This document shows, piece by piece, positions 17,131 to 26,998 of a DNA stretch of 64,000 nucleotides. This DNA is from Mycobacteriales bacterium. Lineage in GTDB: Bacteria; Actinomycetota; Actinomycetes; Mycobacteriales; SCTD01. Where the stretch lies: assembly GCA_046590985.1 (NCBI GenBank), contig JBKJVH010000205.1, positions 3,401 through 67,400 on the forward strand, written 5' to 3'. The notes under the pieces are model-generated. The model did no database searches and was not told where the DNA came from. It worked only from the letters and a program-made list of their open reading frames with translations. How positions within the stretch are numbered: position 1 is the stretch's first letter; each line of letters starts with the position of its first letter. A program made the translations under genes and the position numbers.

Positions 17131-18571
17131 CCGCGTGCCGGCCGGCGCGCCGCCCGAAGAACGAGCCCTCGCCGAGCTGGGTGCCGCTGCTGTAGCCCTT
17201 GCCGTCCTGGGCGATGTTCGCCGCGCACGCGCCGGCGGCGTACAGGCCAGGGATGACGCTGCCGTCGGCAGTCAGGGCCTCACCGTCGACCGAACATCGG
17301 ATCCCGCCCAGCGTGAACCCGGCATAGAGCGCCTTCCCCAGGGTCAGGTCGAAAGCCCCCCACGGCCCGGTGCTCTGCGGGGCGAGCCAGTCGGGATGCT
17401 TGTGGAACGCGGGGTCCTCGCCGCGGGCGGCGTGCTCGTTGTAGTCGTTGAGGGTCTTCACGAGGTTCCCGTCGGGGATGCCGAGGGCCTTCTCCATCTC
17501 CTCGACGGTCTCCCAGCCGTCGATGAACGGCGTCAGCGAGAAGTCGGGGTGCTCGATGTGGACGCTGTCCACGATGAGGTAGGCAGCCCTGCCCGGCTGG
17601 TCCATCACGTAGCCCGAGGTGCGCGAGTGGTAGCTGTCCTCGGCGACGAACCGGTGGCCGTCCCGGTTGACGATGATCCCCTTGACGAGCCGCGACGGCG
17701 GGTAGACGGGCGCGGTGATGAACGCCTGGTCCATGTGGAGCGTCTGAGCCCCGGCCGAGGCGCCGAGCCGGATGCCGAGGCCGTCGTCGTAGGTGCCGCC
17801 CAGGACGAACGGCTTCTCGGCCAGCTGAGGGACGTGCTCGGCGACCATGTCGGCGTTCATCACGAAGCCACCCGCGGCGATGACGGTGGCCTTCGCCCGC
17901 ATCGCGCCGATCTCGTCGAAGGACCGGGTCGTGACGCCGACGACCGTTCCGTCCGCGTCCACGATCAGCGCTGTGGCACCGGTCTCGTACACGGTCCGGA
18001 CCCCGAGCTCGGCAGCCCGCTTGACCAGGAGCTGGATGACCAGGTCCGCCCCGCGGGTGTCGCCGGGGACGGGGACCTTGTGGCCGCGGGGTGCCGGGAC
18101 GGCCTTGTCGCGGTAGGGCCAGACCTTCTCGTTTCCGGTGAACATCAGGCCCTGCGTGCCCGGCTGGATGACGGCCTTCTCGGGGTAGTAGCTGCGCTCG
18201 AACTGGAAGCCGAGGGCTTCCAGCCAGTCGCAGTGCTCGACGCTGCCGTCGCAGTAGGCCCGGATCTTGTCGGGCTCCGGGTGCGGGGTGACCTGCATGA
18301 GGTAGGCGTACATCTCGTCGGCGCTGTCCGCGTGGCCAGTGGCGCGCTGCACCACGGTGCCGCCTCCGAGGTAGAAGTGCCCGCCGGCGAGGGAGGTGGT
18401 GCCGCCGGGGACCGCGGCCCGCTCGACAACCAGCACGGACGCTCCGGCGGTGGCCGCCTCGACGGCCGCGCAGCCGCCGGCGATGCCGAAGCCGACGACC
18501 AGGACGTCGACCTCGGCGGTCCAGGCGGTGATGTCGGCGGCGGCGACGGTCGCGGGGATCTCGGTGCTCAA
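17111..18571 (-). CDS. FAD-dependent oxidoreductase (flavocytochrome c / ketosteroid dehydrogenase-like)
   Basis: DVLVVGFGIAG, GGTTSLAGG, FTLGG, IPGLYAAG, YSSGTQLG; TTG start. Confidence 0.85.
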   Translation of the reverse strand: MSTEIPATVAAADITAWTAEVDVLVVGFGIAGGCAAVEAATAGASVLVVERAAVPGGTTSLAGGHFYLGGGTVVQRATGHADSADEMYAYLMQVTPHPEPDKIRAYCDGSVEHCDWLEALGFQFERSYYPEKAVIQPGTQGLMFTGNEKVWPYRDKAVPAPRGHKVPVPGDTRGADLVIQLLVKRAAELGVRTVYETGATALIVDADGTVVGVTTRSFDEIGAMRAKATVIAAGGFVMNADMVAEHVPQLAEKPFVLGGTYDDGLGIRLGASAGAQTLHMDQAFITAPVYPPSRLVKGIIVNRDGHRFVAEDSYHSRTSGYVMDQPGRAAYLIVDSVHIEHPDFSLTPFIDGWETVEEMEKALGIPDGNLVKTLNDYNEHAARGEDPAFHKHPDWLAPQSTGPWGAFDLTLGKALYAGFTLGGIRCSVDGEALTADGSVIPGLYAAGACAANIAQDGKGYSSGTQLGEGSFFGRRAGRHAATRRAG

Positions 18572-18673
18572 CTACTACCTGCCTCGGGGGTCGGGGTGGG
18601 GCACCAACCTACCGAGCGCTTGCTTGTGTGGTCTACGACCGGCCGCTCGAACCAGGCCCCGTACGCTGCCCGG

Positions 18674-19045
18674 GTGCCGAGTTCTGTACTCGTGGTGGAC
18701 GACGACCCGAGCTTCCACCTGATCATCGGCATGCTGCTCGAGATGTCCGAGGACTTTGAGGTGGCCGGCGACGCGCGGGACGGCCCGACGGCGCTGGCGG
18801 CCGCCGCCGCGGTCCAGCCGGCGTTCATCCTCCTGGATCTCACGCTGCCGGGCACCAGCGGCATCGAGCTGCTGCCGAGGCTGCTGGAGGTGTCGTCGGG
18901 CTCGCAGGTCGTGGTGATGACCGGCCACGACGAAGTGGTGATGGGGGACCGGGTCCGGGCCGTTGGTGCGGTCGGCTACCTCGACAAGGGGCAACTGGTG
19001 GACAGGCTGATCCCCACGCTTGCCGAGCTCCGGGACGGCTACTGA
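18674..19045 (+). CDS. Single-domain (CheY-like) response regulator
   Basis: VLVVDDD, ILLDLTLPGTSG, VMTG, GYLDK; no output domain; TACGCT 6 nt before the GTG. Confidence 0.85.
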   Translation: MPSSVLVVDDDPSFHLIIGMLLEMSEDFEVAGDARDGPTALAAAAAVQPAFILLDLTLPGTSGIELLPRLLEVSSGSQVVVMTGHDEVVMGDRVRAVGAVGYLDKGQLVDRLIPTLAELRDGY

Positions 19046-20616
19046 GCGACGACCCCGAGAGCCGGTGCGAGCGGCAGCCTGACCACGAAGGTGGCGCCAC
19101 CGCCGGGGGTGTCCTCGACGCTGATCCGGCCGCCTTGGGCTTCGACGAGGGACCGGCTGATGAACAGGCCGAGGCCGGTGCTCTCGGTGCCCGAGCCGTC
19201 GAGGCGGGCGAACTTCTGGAACAGCTGGGACTTGCCCTCGGCGGGGATCCCGGGGCCTCGGTCCTGCACGCGCACCTCTGCTGACGAGCCGACCTTGGCC
19301 AGGCTCACCAGGATGGGGTGTTGGGCGGGGGAGTACCGGAGTGCGTTGGACAGCAGGTTGCTGAGCACCCTGGAGGTCTGGTCGGGGTCGACCTGGACCA
19401 CGAGGTTGCGGTCCAGGGAGCGGATCACGATCGGCGAACCGGACCCGATGACAGCGTAGCCGTCGGTGACGCCCCGCACCAGGTCGTCCAACGGGGTAGG
19501 CCGCACCACGAAGTGCGCGGAGCCGGCCTCCAGCCGGGCCACAGCCAGGATGTCGTCGATGAGCAGTCGCATCCGGTGCGCGGCCTGCTCAGCGCCCTCG
19601 TGGAGCTTGGTCCGCTGCGCGTCACCGACCTCGGGTCGAGCCATCAGCGTGAGCGAGCTGGTGATGACCGACAGCGGGTTGCGCAGGTCATGGGCGACGA
19701 TCCCGGCGTACTCGACCCGGCTGTCCAGCTCGAGATTCGCGTCTTCGAGCGCCGTGGAGGTGTGCTCGAGGGCGAGCGCGAGCCGGTTCAGTCGGACGGC
19801 CGTGAGGGTGCTCAGCCCCAGGACGCACACGATCGCCGCCGTCGAGGTGAGCGCAATACCAAAGGTGGTGTCGTACCACCCCGCACGCTGCCCGAGAAGG
19901 CGCAGCCAGGCGACGAAGATCAGGAAAGCCACCGCCGGGAGGGCGAGTCGCCGGATCAGGACGCCACCCGGGGAGTCGTCGGTCACCACGCTCATCGGGC
20001 CGTGTTCCGGCGCGCTCATCAGCACCGAGAGCGCGCAGAGCATGAGGGCAGCGGCCGTGTTGAGCGCGACGCTGTTGTAGTCACCGACGCGGTAGAAGCT
20101 CTGCACGTCGAACAGGTACCCGAGCAGCGCGATGAGGGCGAAGGCCGTGACGGTCAGACCGATCAGCTGGCTCACGGTCGGGCGAAACGGCAGCGTCAGG
20201 GTCGCCGCGGCCAGGCCCAGCAGGCAGATTGCCGTCAGCGGAGCCATCCGGCCAGGCACGGTGCCGCCGTCCAGCATCACGGCAGCGTGGAAGAGCCAGG
20301 TGTCGAAGCCGCTCCCGGCCCCTTGGAGGTACTCGACCCCGGCGAACCCGGCCGGGACGGCGGCGAGCAGCGACGACAGGCGCGACAAGAGTGGTCGCCG
20401 CCGGACCAGGAGCAGGGCCGACCCGCTCAGCAGGAGGCAGACGGCCGTCCAGGGCTTCATGGTGGCGAGGCCGGGGCTGACCGAGCGCAGCCGCTGGCCG
20501 CCGAGGCTCCAGCCGAGCAGGTCGAGCGCGGCGATGACCACGACCGAGCCCGCGGCCAGCACTGAGCCGACCGCGGCGCGGGTGCGCCACACGGACTGTG
20601 CGTGCATGGGCTCCAC
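19039..20616 (-). CDS. Membrane-bound sensor histidine kinase
   Basis: Multi-TM N-terminus; AHDLRNPL, NLLSNALRY, DRGPGI, GLGL. The start may be ATG 20607. Confidence 0.9.
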   Translation of the reverse strand: MEPMHAQSVWRTRAAVGSVLAAGSVVVIAALDLLGWSLGGQRLRSVSPGLATMKPWTAVCLLLSGSALLLVRRRPLLSRLSSLLAAVPAGFAGVEYLQGAGSGFDTWLFHAAVMLDGGTVPGRMAPLTAICLLGLAAATLTLPFRPTVSQLIGLTVTAFALIALLGYLFDVQSFYRVGDYNSVALNTAAALMLCALSVLMSAPEHGPMSVVTDDSPGGVLIRRLALPAVAFLIFVAWLRLLGQRAGWYDTTFGIALTSTAAIVCVLGLSTLTAVRLNRLALALEHTSTALEDANLELDSRVEYAGIVAHDLRNPLSVITSSLTLMARPEVGDAQRTKLHEGAEQAAHRMRLLIDDILAVARLEAGSAHFVVRPTPLDDLVRGVTDGYAVIGSGSPIVIRSLDRNLVVQVDPDQTSRVLSNLLSNALRYSPAQHPILVSLAKVGSSAEVRVQDRGPGIPAEGKSQLFQKFARLDGSGTESTGLGLFISRSLVEAQGGRISVEDTPGGGATFVVRLPLAPALGVVAQ

Positions 20617-20653
20617 TGTCTCAGTTGCCGCCCGTCAACGGCCATACCGGCGT

Positions 20654-20683
20654 GCGTAGGCCACCCGAACGGGTGGCCTACGC
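20654..20683. promoter_or_regulatory. Perfect 30-bp palindrome in a divergent promoter region
   Basis: GCGTAGGCCACCCG-AA-CGGGTGGCCTACGC. The palindrome is certain; the regulatory role is inferred. Confidence 0.55.
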
Positions 20684-20878
20684 CAGGGTCTCGGCGCTCA
20701 GCACGACCGTGCACAGCGAAGCCATGATGAGGGCCCGGACGGGGTTGCCGGCAGGTAAGAGCTGACTGCCCCGGCCCGACTGGCTAGCCCATTCGGGTTA
20801 GGCACGGGTAGCCCAGACGGCCCGCGCCACCCTAGGTTCAGACCCGAGGGTGGCAGACCGCCGCCCGAAGGAGGACAC

Positions 20879-22606
20879 ATGCGTAGACCCCTCGCATCGA
20901 CGGCCGTCGCCACCGCACTGGTGGCCGGCATGCTGGCGCTACCGGCCGGACCTGCCCAGGCAGCCAGTGGCGCGAGTGCCACGGGCACCGACGTCCACTA
21001 CGTCGTGCTGTACCAGCGGGGCGTGGGCGACGCCGCCGCCCGCAAGGCCATCGCGGCCGCCGGCGGCACCGTCACCCGCAGCAATGCTGACGTCGGCTAC
21101 GCGGCCGTCACGTCGAACCACACCGACTTCGCGACCCGGGCGAACCACTCGGCTGCGCTGGTCGGGGCGGCTCGCAACCGGAGCATCGGCACGGCCTCGC
21201 AGGGGCGGGGGAGCAAGGCGGCCCTCGAGCGGGCGCAGGCGGAGCGCGACGCCAGCAAGGGCCAGCGCGCGGCCGCCCACCACAAGAGTGCCGAGCCGCT
21301 CGGCGACCTCCAGTGGGACATGAAGCAGATCGGCGCGACACCCAAGGGCTCGTACGCGGTCGAGCGCGGTTCCCGCAAGGTTCTTGTCGGCGTGATCGAC
21401 ACCGGCATCGACGGGAGTCACCCGGACATCGCGCCGAACTTCGACCGGGCGCTGTCGCGGAACTTCACCACCGACATGCCCGACATCGACAACGGGGACG
21501 ACCTCAACGGCGACGGCATCGGCGACGAGCCGTGCGAGTACCAGGGGTGCAAGGACCCGGCCTGGGTGGACGACGACGGGCACGGCACGCACGTCGCCAG
21601 CACCATCGGCGCGCCGATCAACGGCCGGGGCATCGCGGGGGTGGCCCCCAACGTCACCCTGGTCAACATCCGGGCGGGTCAGGACAGCGGCTACTTCTTC
21701 CTGCAGCCGACCCTCGACGCCCTCAGCTACGCCGGCAAGATCGGCGTCGACGTCGTGAACATGAGCTACTACACCGATCCGTGGCTGTACAACTGCCTGA
21801 GCAACCCGGCGGACAGCCCTGAGGAGCAGGCCGAGCAGAAGACGATCCGGGAGGCCACACAGCGCGCGCTCGACTACGCGCGGAACAAGGGCGTGCTGCC
21901 CGTGGCCGCCGCCGGCAACGGCGCCACGGACCTCGGTAAGCCGACCTCGGACGCCACCAGCCCCGACTACCCGGTCGGCGCGGAGCGGACCCGGTCGATC
22001 GACAACAGCTGCATCACCGTGCCGACCGAGAGCAACGGCGTGGTCGCCGTGACCAGTACGGGCATCTCGACCCGGAAGGCCTACTACTCCGACTACGGCA
22101 TCGAGCAGGCTGACGTGTCCGCTCCCGGCGGGGACGTCTACGACACCCCGACCAACCAGCGGGACGCCGCTGCCGGGGTGCTTGCTGCCTACCCGACGGC
22201 CTTGGCGGTCAAGAACGGTGACCTGAACCCGGACGGCACCCCGAACAACCCCTTCGTCGTACGGGACTGCACCGCGAAGGGCTCCTGCGCGTACTACCAG
22301 TACCTGCAGGGCACCTCGATGGCGTCCCCGCACGCCGTGGGCGTTGCCGCGCTCATCGTCAGCAGGTACGGCAAGGCAGACAAGGCGCACGCGGGCGGCT
22401 TGACCCTTCCTGCGGGCACCACGCAGGGGATCCTGATGGGCACCGCCGTCGACCACGCCTGCCCGGCGGGTGGCAGCTACACCTACACCCGGATCCTGCC
22501 CAGTGGCGCGGTCCGGACGACGACGCACGTGTGCGAGGGCACGACCGACCGCAACGGGTTCTACGGTGAGGGCATCGTCAGCGCCCTCGCCGCCGTGACC
22601 CGCTAG
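20879..22606 (+). CDS. Secreted subtilisin-like serine peptidase (S8)
   Basis: Signal peptide; VIDTGID, HGTHVA, AAAGN, QGTSMASPH. Confidence 0.93.
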   Translation: MRRPLASTAVATALVAGMLALPAGPAQAASGASATGTDVHYVVLYQRGVGDAAARKAIAAAGGTVTRSNADVGYAAVTSNHTDFATRANHSAALVGAARNRSIGTASQGRGSKAALERAQAERDASKGQRAAAHHKSAEPLGDLQWDMKQIGATPKGSYAVERGSRKVLVGVIDTGIDGSHPDIAPNFDRALSRNFTTDMPDIDNGDDLNGDGIGDEPCEYQGCKDPAWVDDDGHGTHVASTIGAPINGRGIAGVAPNVTLVNIRAGQDSGYFFLQPTLDALSYAGKIGVDVVNMSYYTDPWLYNCLSNPADSPEEQAEQKTIREATQRALDYARNKGVLPVAAAGNGATDLGKPTSDATSPDYPVGAERTRSIDNSCITVPTESNGVVAVTSTGISTRKAYYSDYGIEQADVSAPGGDVYDTPTNQRDAAAGVLAAYPTALAVKNGDLNPDGTPNNPFVVRDCTAKGSCAYYQYLQGTSMASPHAVGVAALIVSRYGKADKAHAGGLTLPAGTTQGILMGTAVDHACPAGGSYTYTRILPSGAVRTTTHVCEGTTDRNGFYGEGIVSALAAVTR

Positions 22607-22612
22607 TCCGAT

Positions 22613-22650
22613 CCGAAGGGGCGCTTCCGTCAGCGGAGGCGCCCCTTCGG
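22613..22650. terminator. Hairpin terminator between convergent genes
   Basis: CCGAAGGGGCGCTTCCG-TCAG-CGGAGGCGCCCCTTCGG. Confidence 0.8.
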
Positions 22651-22656
22651 CGTACT

Positions 22657-23463
22657 TCAGGAGTCGCGCAGCCCCGCGAAGAGGTCGGTCTCGACCGGCG
22701 AGGCGGGGGTGTCCGGACGGGCGCGCACGAACTCCTCGACCCCGAACGCCTCGGCGAACAGGTCCATCGGCAGCTTCAGGAAGAAGATGTTCTCCGCCTG
22801 GCTGGCGTGTGCGGCGAGGGAGTCGAACTTCGTTTGCGCCTGAGGCCGGCAGTCGATCGAGGCGCCGATGGCCTCATCCGGCGACCCGAAGGCTGACTCA
22901 TCGAGGTCGGGCAGCTCGACGCCGACCTTCTTCAGCGTCTCCGAGAAGCTCGCCAGGGCGCTGCGCCGGATCGTCGGGAAGTACAGCTTGGCCTGTGAAC
23001 CCGTCGCCTCGAGCGCCGCCAGGGTGATGCGGTGCGCCTGGATGTGATCGGGGTGGCCGTAGAAGCCGAAGTCGTCGTAGGTCACCACGACGTCCGGCTC
23101 GTACTTCTGCATCAGGGCGATCAGGGGTGCTGCGGCCTCGTCGACGGGCGTGGACCAGAAGGAGCCCGGAGCGTCGTTCTGCTCCCAGCCCATCATCCCG
23201 GAGTCGTGGTACCCGAGCATCTCCAGGTGCGTGATGCCGAGGACCTTGCAGCTGTCCTGGAGCTCCTTGCGCCGCAGCGCGACGACGTCCTCGATGTCGT
23301 GGCCGTCCTCGCCGGGCTTGGCGGAGGGGCTGTCCCCGAGCTCTCCGTTGGTGCAGGTGACCAGCACCGTGCGGATGCCCTCGCCGGCGTACTTGGCGAG
23401 GATCCCGCCGGTCGTGGACCCCTCGTCGTCGGGGTGGGCGTGGACGGCCATGAGAGTGAGCAT
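22657..23463 (-). CDS. PIG-L family deacetylase (MshB/Mca-like)
   Basis: VHAHPDDE, YHDSGM, GFYGHPDH, AHASQ. Confidence 0.9.
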   Translation of the reverse strand: MLTLMAVHAHPDDEGSTTGGILAKYAGEGIRTVLVTCTNGELGDSPSAKPGEDGHDIEDVVALRRKELQDSCKVLGITHLEMLGYHDSGMMGWEQNDAPGSFWSTPVDEAAAPLIALMQKYEPDVVVTYDDFGFYGHPDHIQAHRITLAALEATGSQAKLYFPTIRRSALASFSETLKKVGVELPDLDESAFGSPDEAIGASIDCRPQAQTKFDSLAAHASQAENIFFLKLPMDLFAEAFGVEEFVRARPDTPASPVETDLFAGLRDS

Positions 23464-23518
23464 CCCCAAACGGTACGTGGCGCCGCGCGAGCCCCGCTCC
23501 TCGGTCTAGCGTGGAGCC

Positions 23519-23941
23519 ATGGCCGGTTTGAACGCTGCTGCCCGTGAGCTGATCTCGTCAGGTGCCCTCGCCCACCTGGTGACCCTGGACCCTGATGGCA
23601 GTCCGCAGGTGTCGGTCGTCTGGATGGGCGTCGACGGTGACGACCTGGTCGCGGCTCACCTCGACGGCAGACAGCGCAAGCTGCAGAACCTTCGCCGTGA
23701 TCCGCGCGTCGTGGTGTCGTTCGAGGCTGCGACGGCCAATCCCGTGGGCATGCGGCACTACCTGGTGGTCCACGGGACGGCCCGCATCACCGAAGGCGGC
23801 GCACCAGAGCTGCTGCACGAGCTTGCGCAGGTCTACGTCGGCCCCGGCACCACCTTCCCGCCGATGCCCGACCCGCCATCGGGGTTCGTCAGCCGCATCA
23901 CTGTGGAGCGCGTGGGGGGAGCCGGTCCCTGGTCCGACTGA
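23519..23941 (+). CDS. PPOX-class F420-dependent oxidoreductase
   Basis: LVTLDPDGSPQVSVVW, KLQNLRRDPRV. Confidence 0.85.
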   Translation: MAGLNAAARELISSGALAHLVTLDPDGSPQVSVVWMGVDGDDLVAAHLDGRQRKLQNLRRDPRVVVSFEAATANPVGMRHYLVVHGTARITEGGAPELLHELAQVYVGPGTTFPPMPDPPSGFVSRITVERVGGAGPWSD

Positions 23942-23977
23942 GCTGGTTCAGTCGCGGGGCCTGGTGCGTCTCGAGGG

Positions 23978-24379
23978 TCAGCACGTGCCGAGGTTGAAGG
24001 TGTTCCAGTGGATCCACCTCGAGCCGCTGGCGTAGTAGGTGTCGGCGGTGACGCTGCGCACTCCGGCGATCATCAGCGGACCGGAGCCCATCTCCCTGCG
24101 CAGCTGCCAGCCGTTGTTCCACAGGTAGGTGCTGAACCCCGAGGTCGCGAGGATCACCGTGCTGCTGCCGTAGTCGGAGGTGTAGGTGAACAGGGTCAGG
24201 ATGGTGTAGCCGGGGTAGCCGGCGGGCGTCACGGTGTCCTCGAGGCAGGACAGCGACGGCTGGTAGGAGAACGTCGTCATCGCGGCCTGCGCGGACGTCA
24301 GGTTGGCGGCGCCGATACCGGCGGTGAGGGCCACGGTGGCAGCTGCCGCCGCGAGCTTGCGAGTGAGGTGGAGAGACAT
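23978..24379 (-). CDS. Small secreted aromatic-rich protein
   Basis: AGGAG RBS; signal peptide ending AQA; Tyr/Trp-rich mature part with a Cys near each end. Confidence 0.8.
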   Translation of the reverse strand: MSLHLTRKLAAAAATVALTAGIGAANLTSAQAAMTTFSYQPSLSCLEDTVTPAGYPGYTILTLFTYTSDYGSSTVILATSGFSTYLWNNGWQLRREMGSGPLMIAGVRSVTADTYYASGSRWIHWNTFNLGTC

Positions 24380-24442
24380 CGTGAGCTCCTAGTTCGGTGT
24401 TTGTGTGTGCGACTACCGTCGCGCTGTCGTCTCGCACCGGAA

Positions 24443-24459
24443 TCCCCAGAGACCGCCAC
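24443..24459 (-). promoter_or_regulatory. 17-bp box, copy 1 (GTGGCGGTCTCTGGGGA)
   Basis: Exact consensus; GACGGT lies 22 nt downstream; upstream of the CDS starting at 24379. Confidence 0.85.
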
Positions 24460-24481
24460 GACGACGGGTAGGTTCCGGCAC

Positions 24482-26425
24482 GTGCTGCTACGTCCCGGTG
24501 TCGTGGACCAGGTCGTGCACGCCCTCGACCAGGGGCAGACGGTCCTGCTGCTCGGCGAGCGCGGTTCTGGTCGCACGTCGACGGTCCGGGCGGTTGCGCA
24601 ACGCCGCAGCACCGACGCGGCGCGGGGGACGGGCCTGCGGATGGTCAAGTCCACGAGGTTCGCCCTGGACGTGGCGCAGCGTGGTGAAGAGGTGGGCGAC
24701 GCACTGCTGGTCGTCGAGGACGTCCAGTGGGCAGACGGCGACAGCCTTGCGGCCCTGGACGGACACGTGGGTCCACTGCTGCTGACCGGGCTGTTCGGCA
24801 CCGAGATGGTCGGCGCGACCACGGTCGCGCTCGAACCGCTCTGTGATGACGAGGCCCGTGCGCTCGTACCCGACCTCACCGAGGACGCGCTCGGGCGGGC
24901 CGGCGGGAACGTGCGGCTGCTCACGACCCTCGTCGAGGGCACGATCCCGAGCGGGGTCGCGGCGCGCACGCTGCGAGGCCTCTGGGAGCGGCTCGATGAC
25001 CACGAGCGCCAGGACGCCCTGCTTTCCGGCCTGTCACCGGCGCACCTGCCGCGGCCGCGAGTCGGGGCGCTCGGGGAGCTCGCGGTGGCGCTGGCGGATG
25101 AGCCGACGCTGCTCGCCGCGCACGAACACCTGGCTGACCGCCTCAACGATCCCGGCGACCGCGTCCCGCACCTGCTCGCGCTCGGACGAGATGACGAGGC
25201 CGCTGCGAGTGCGATCATCGCCGCCCGTCAGGCGAAGGATCCCGCCGTGGCCGCGCGGCTCCTGCAGCTGATCGGCCCCTTGAACGACGACGCGCGCGAC
25301 CTGCTGGCCGTGTCGCTCTGGCGCAGCGGCGACCTGGACGGACTGGTCGCGCAGTTCCCCGCTCCGGTTGGGGACCTGCAAGCTGCTGTCGTCCTCAAGG
25401 CCTGTACGGCAAAAGGCAGGTCCTGGCCCGGCGAGGCCCCGGCGGGTACGCGAGCGCGCGCCAGGTTCGCCGAGGGTGAGCTCGTCGACACGGCGCCCGA
25501 CGTGGACGGACTGGTCGCCGTGGCGTGCAGTGCGGTCGCCCGCGGCGAGCGGCCGTCGTTGGCCGCGAAGCCCGAGGACGAGGAGCAGGCCTGGCAGCTG
25601 GCGGCGCTGGCGACGATGAGCGCCTGGCTGCACCGGGACCCCCTGCCCGCGGTCTCCGGCGGCGGACCGCTCCTCGAGCTCCTCACCGCTGCGGTGACCA
25701 CAGAGCGGGACGGCGCCACCGCGCAGCACGCGGAGCACCTCGCCACGCTGCTGGCGTCGGGGCCCGCGCCCGCGTGGGGTTTCGCTGCTCTCGCGGTCTG
25801 CCACGCCGACCTGGGCAACGCGCAGGAGGCCCGGGCTGCCCTCGATGCGGCCGCACCGCACAACGCGACCGACCGGCACGTGCTCGCGCTGGCTCGGGCG
25901 GAGGTCGAGCTCGCCACGGGCCGCCCCCGCAGGGCGTTGAAGGCACTCAGCGGCCAGCTGTGGTGGCCGGTCCTGCAGCCCTACGCGACCGCGCTGGAGG
26001 ACGCGGCCCGCTTCGAGGTCGGCGAGCCTCTCAGTGGCAGAGCCGTTGACTGGCATGGCATCTCGGCACGTCGGCACCGGCTGCAGCGCTGGGCGGGTGC
26101 CGACGTCGCAGGGCTCCGGGCGCTCGAGGACGAGGCGAAGGAGCTCGGGCTGCTGCCGCTGCTCGCCCGGACACGGGAGTCGCTGCGTCGTCGAGGCGAG
26201 AAGCTCGCCCGCACGACCACGGCTGCAGAGGGCGCGGGTGCGCTCAGCCCGCGGGAGGTCGACGTGCTCGGGCTGGTCCGGGAAGGACTGACGAGTGCCC
26301 AGATCGCGACCCGCCTCGGTGTCGCGCAGAGCACCGTCGAGACGCAGGTCGCCTCGGCGATGCGCAAGCTCGGCGCGCGCACCCGACGCCACGCCGTCGC
26401 CCTCCTCGCGGCGGTGACGCCATGA
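24482..26425 (+). CDS. Large LuxR-family regulator (compact N-terminal ATPase, C-terminal HTH)
   Basis: GERGSGRTS Walker A variant, LLVVEDVQWAD, AGGNV, LSPREVDVL...IATRLGVAQSTVETQVASAMRKLG; TAGGTT 7 nt before the GTG. Confidence 0.88.
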   Translation: MLLRPGVVDQVVHALDQGQTVLLLGERGSGRTSTVRAVAQRRSTDAARGTGLRMVKSTRFALDVAQRGEEVGDALLVVEDVQWADGDSLAALDGHVGPLLLTGLFGTEMVGATTVALEPLCDDEARALVPDLTEDALGRAGGNVRLLTTLVEGTIPSGVAARTLRGLWERLDDHERQDALLSGLSPAHLPRPRVGALGELAVALADEPTLLAAHEHLADRLNDPGDRVPHLLALGRDDEAAASAIIAARQAKDPAVAARLLQLIGPLNDDARDLLAVSLWRSGDLDGLVAQFPAPVGDLQAAVVLKACTAKGRSWPGEAPAGTRARARFAEGELVDTAPDVDGLVAVACSAVARGERPSLAAKPEDEEQAWQLAALATMSAWLHRDPLPAVSGGGPLLELLTAAVTTERDGATAQHAEHLATLLASGPAPAWGFAALAVCHADLGNAQEARAALDAAAPHNATDRHVLALARAEVELATGRPRRALKALSGQLWWPVLQPYATALEDAARFEVGEPLSGRAVDWHGISARRHRLQRWAGADVAGLRALEDEAKELGLLPLLARTRESLRRRGEKLARTTTAAEGAGALSPREVDVLGLVREGLTSAQIATRLGVAQSTVETQVASAMRKLGARTRRHAVALLAAVTP

Positions 26426-26961
26426 GGGCGGAGGCGTTCGCCAGCATCGTCCGTGGCGGCGACGCGCTGGCCGCTGCCGAGCTGCGGCTGAGACGGGATG
26501 CCTGGATCACGCGCCGGGGCTTCTCGCTGCCCGATCAGCCGTGGTCGCACCGCCCGACGAAGGTGGTGTGCCTCGGTTCCGTTCTCGACGAGGCGTCCGG
26601 CCGCGCCGCGCTCGTGGCCTGTGCCCGCGCCGCCGGAGTCGTGGTCGACGTGGCGGAGTGCCCAACGGGGTTGCTCGGTGGCTTCCTGGACGACCTCGGT
26701 CGACTCGCGCTCTCCGCCGTACCCGGCCGTCCGACAGCCACCGCGCGACTCCCGCTGACCGCGGAGCAGCGCGCCCTGCTGGAGCTGGTGGCGCGCGGTG
26801 CCTCGGTGCCCGAGGCGGCCGAGCAGCTGTTCCTGTCGCATCGGACGGCCGAGCGCAGGATGGCCGGAATCCGCAAGGCCCTTGAGGTCCCTTCGACCGC
26901 GGCTGCCGTGGCGCGGCTGCTGAAGAGTGGCGGTCTTTCGGGATCGGGGCGGCCGACGTGA
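26422..26961 (+). CDS. Small LuxR-HTH regulator
   Basis: LTAEQRALLELVARG...AAEQLFLSHRTAERRMAGIRKAL; ATGA overlap with the previous gene. Confidence 0.85.
   Translation: MRAEAFASIVRGGDALAAAELRLRRDAWITRRGFSLPDQPWSHRPTKVVCLGSVLDEASGRAALVACARAAGVVVDVAECPTGLLGGFLDDLGRLALSAVPGRPTATARLPLTAEQRALLELVARGASVPEAAEQLFLSHRTAERRMAGIRKALEVPSTAAAVARLLKSGGLSGSGRPT
26927..26943 (+). promoter_or_regulatory. 17-bp box, copy 2 (GTGGCGGTCTTTCGGGA)
   Basis: 15/17 match; TAGGCT 22 nt downstream; upstream of the CDS at 26999. Confidence 0.75.
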
Positions 26962-26998
26962 TCCCTAGGCTGGACCTGACCTGCGGAGGAGGGACAGC

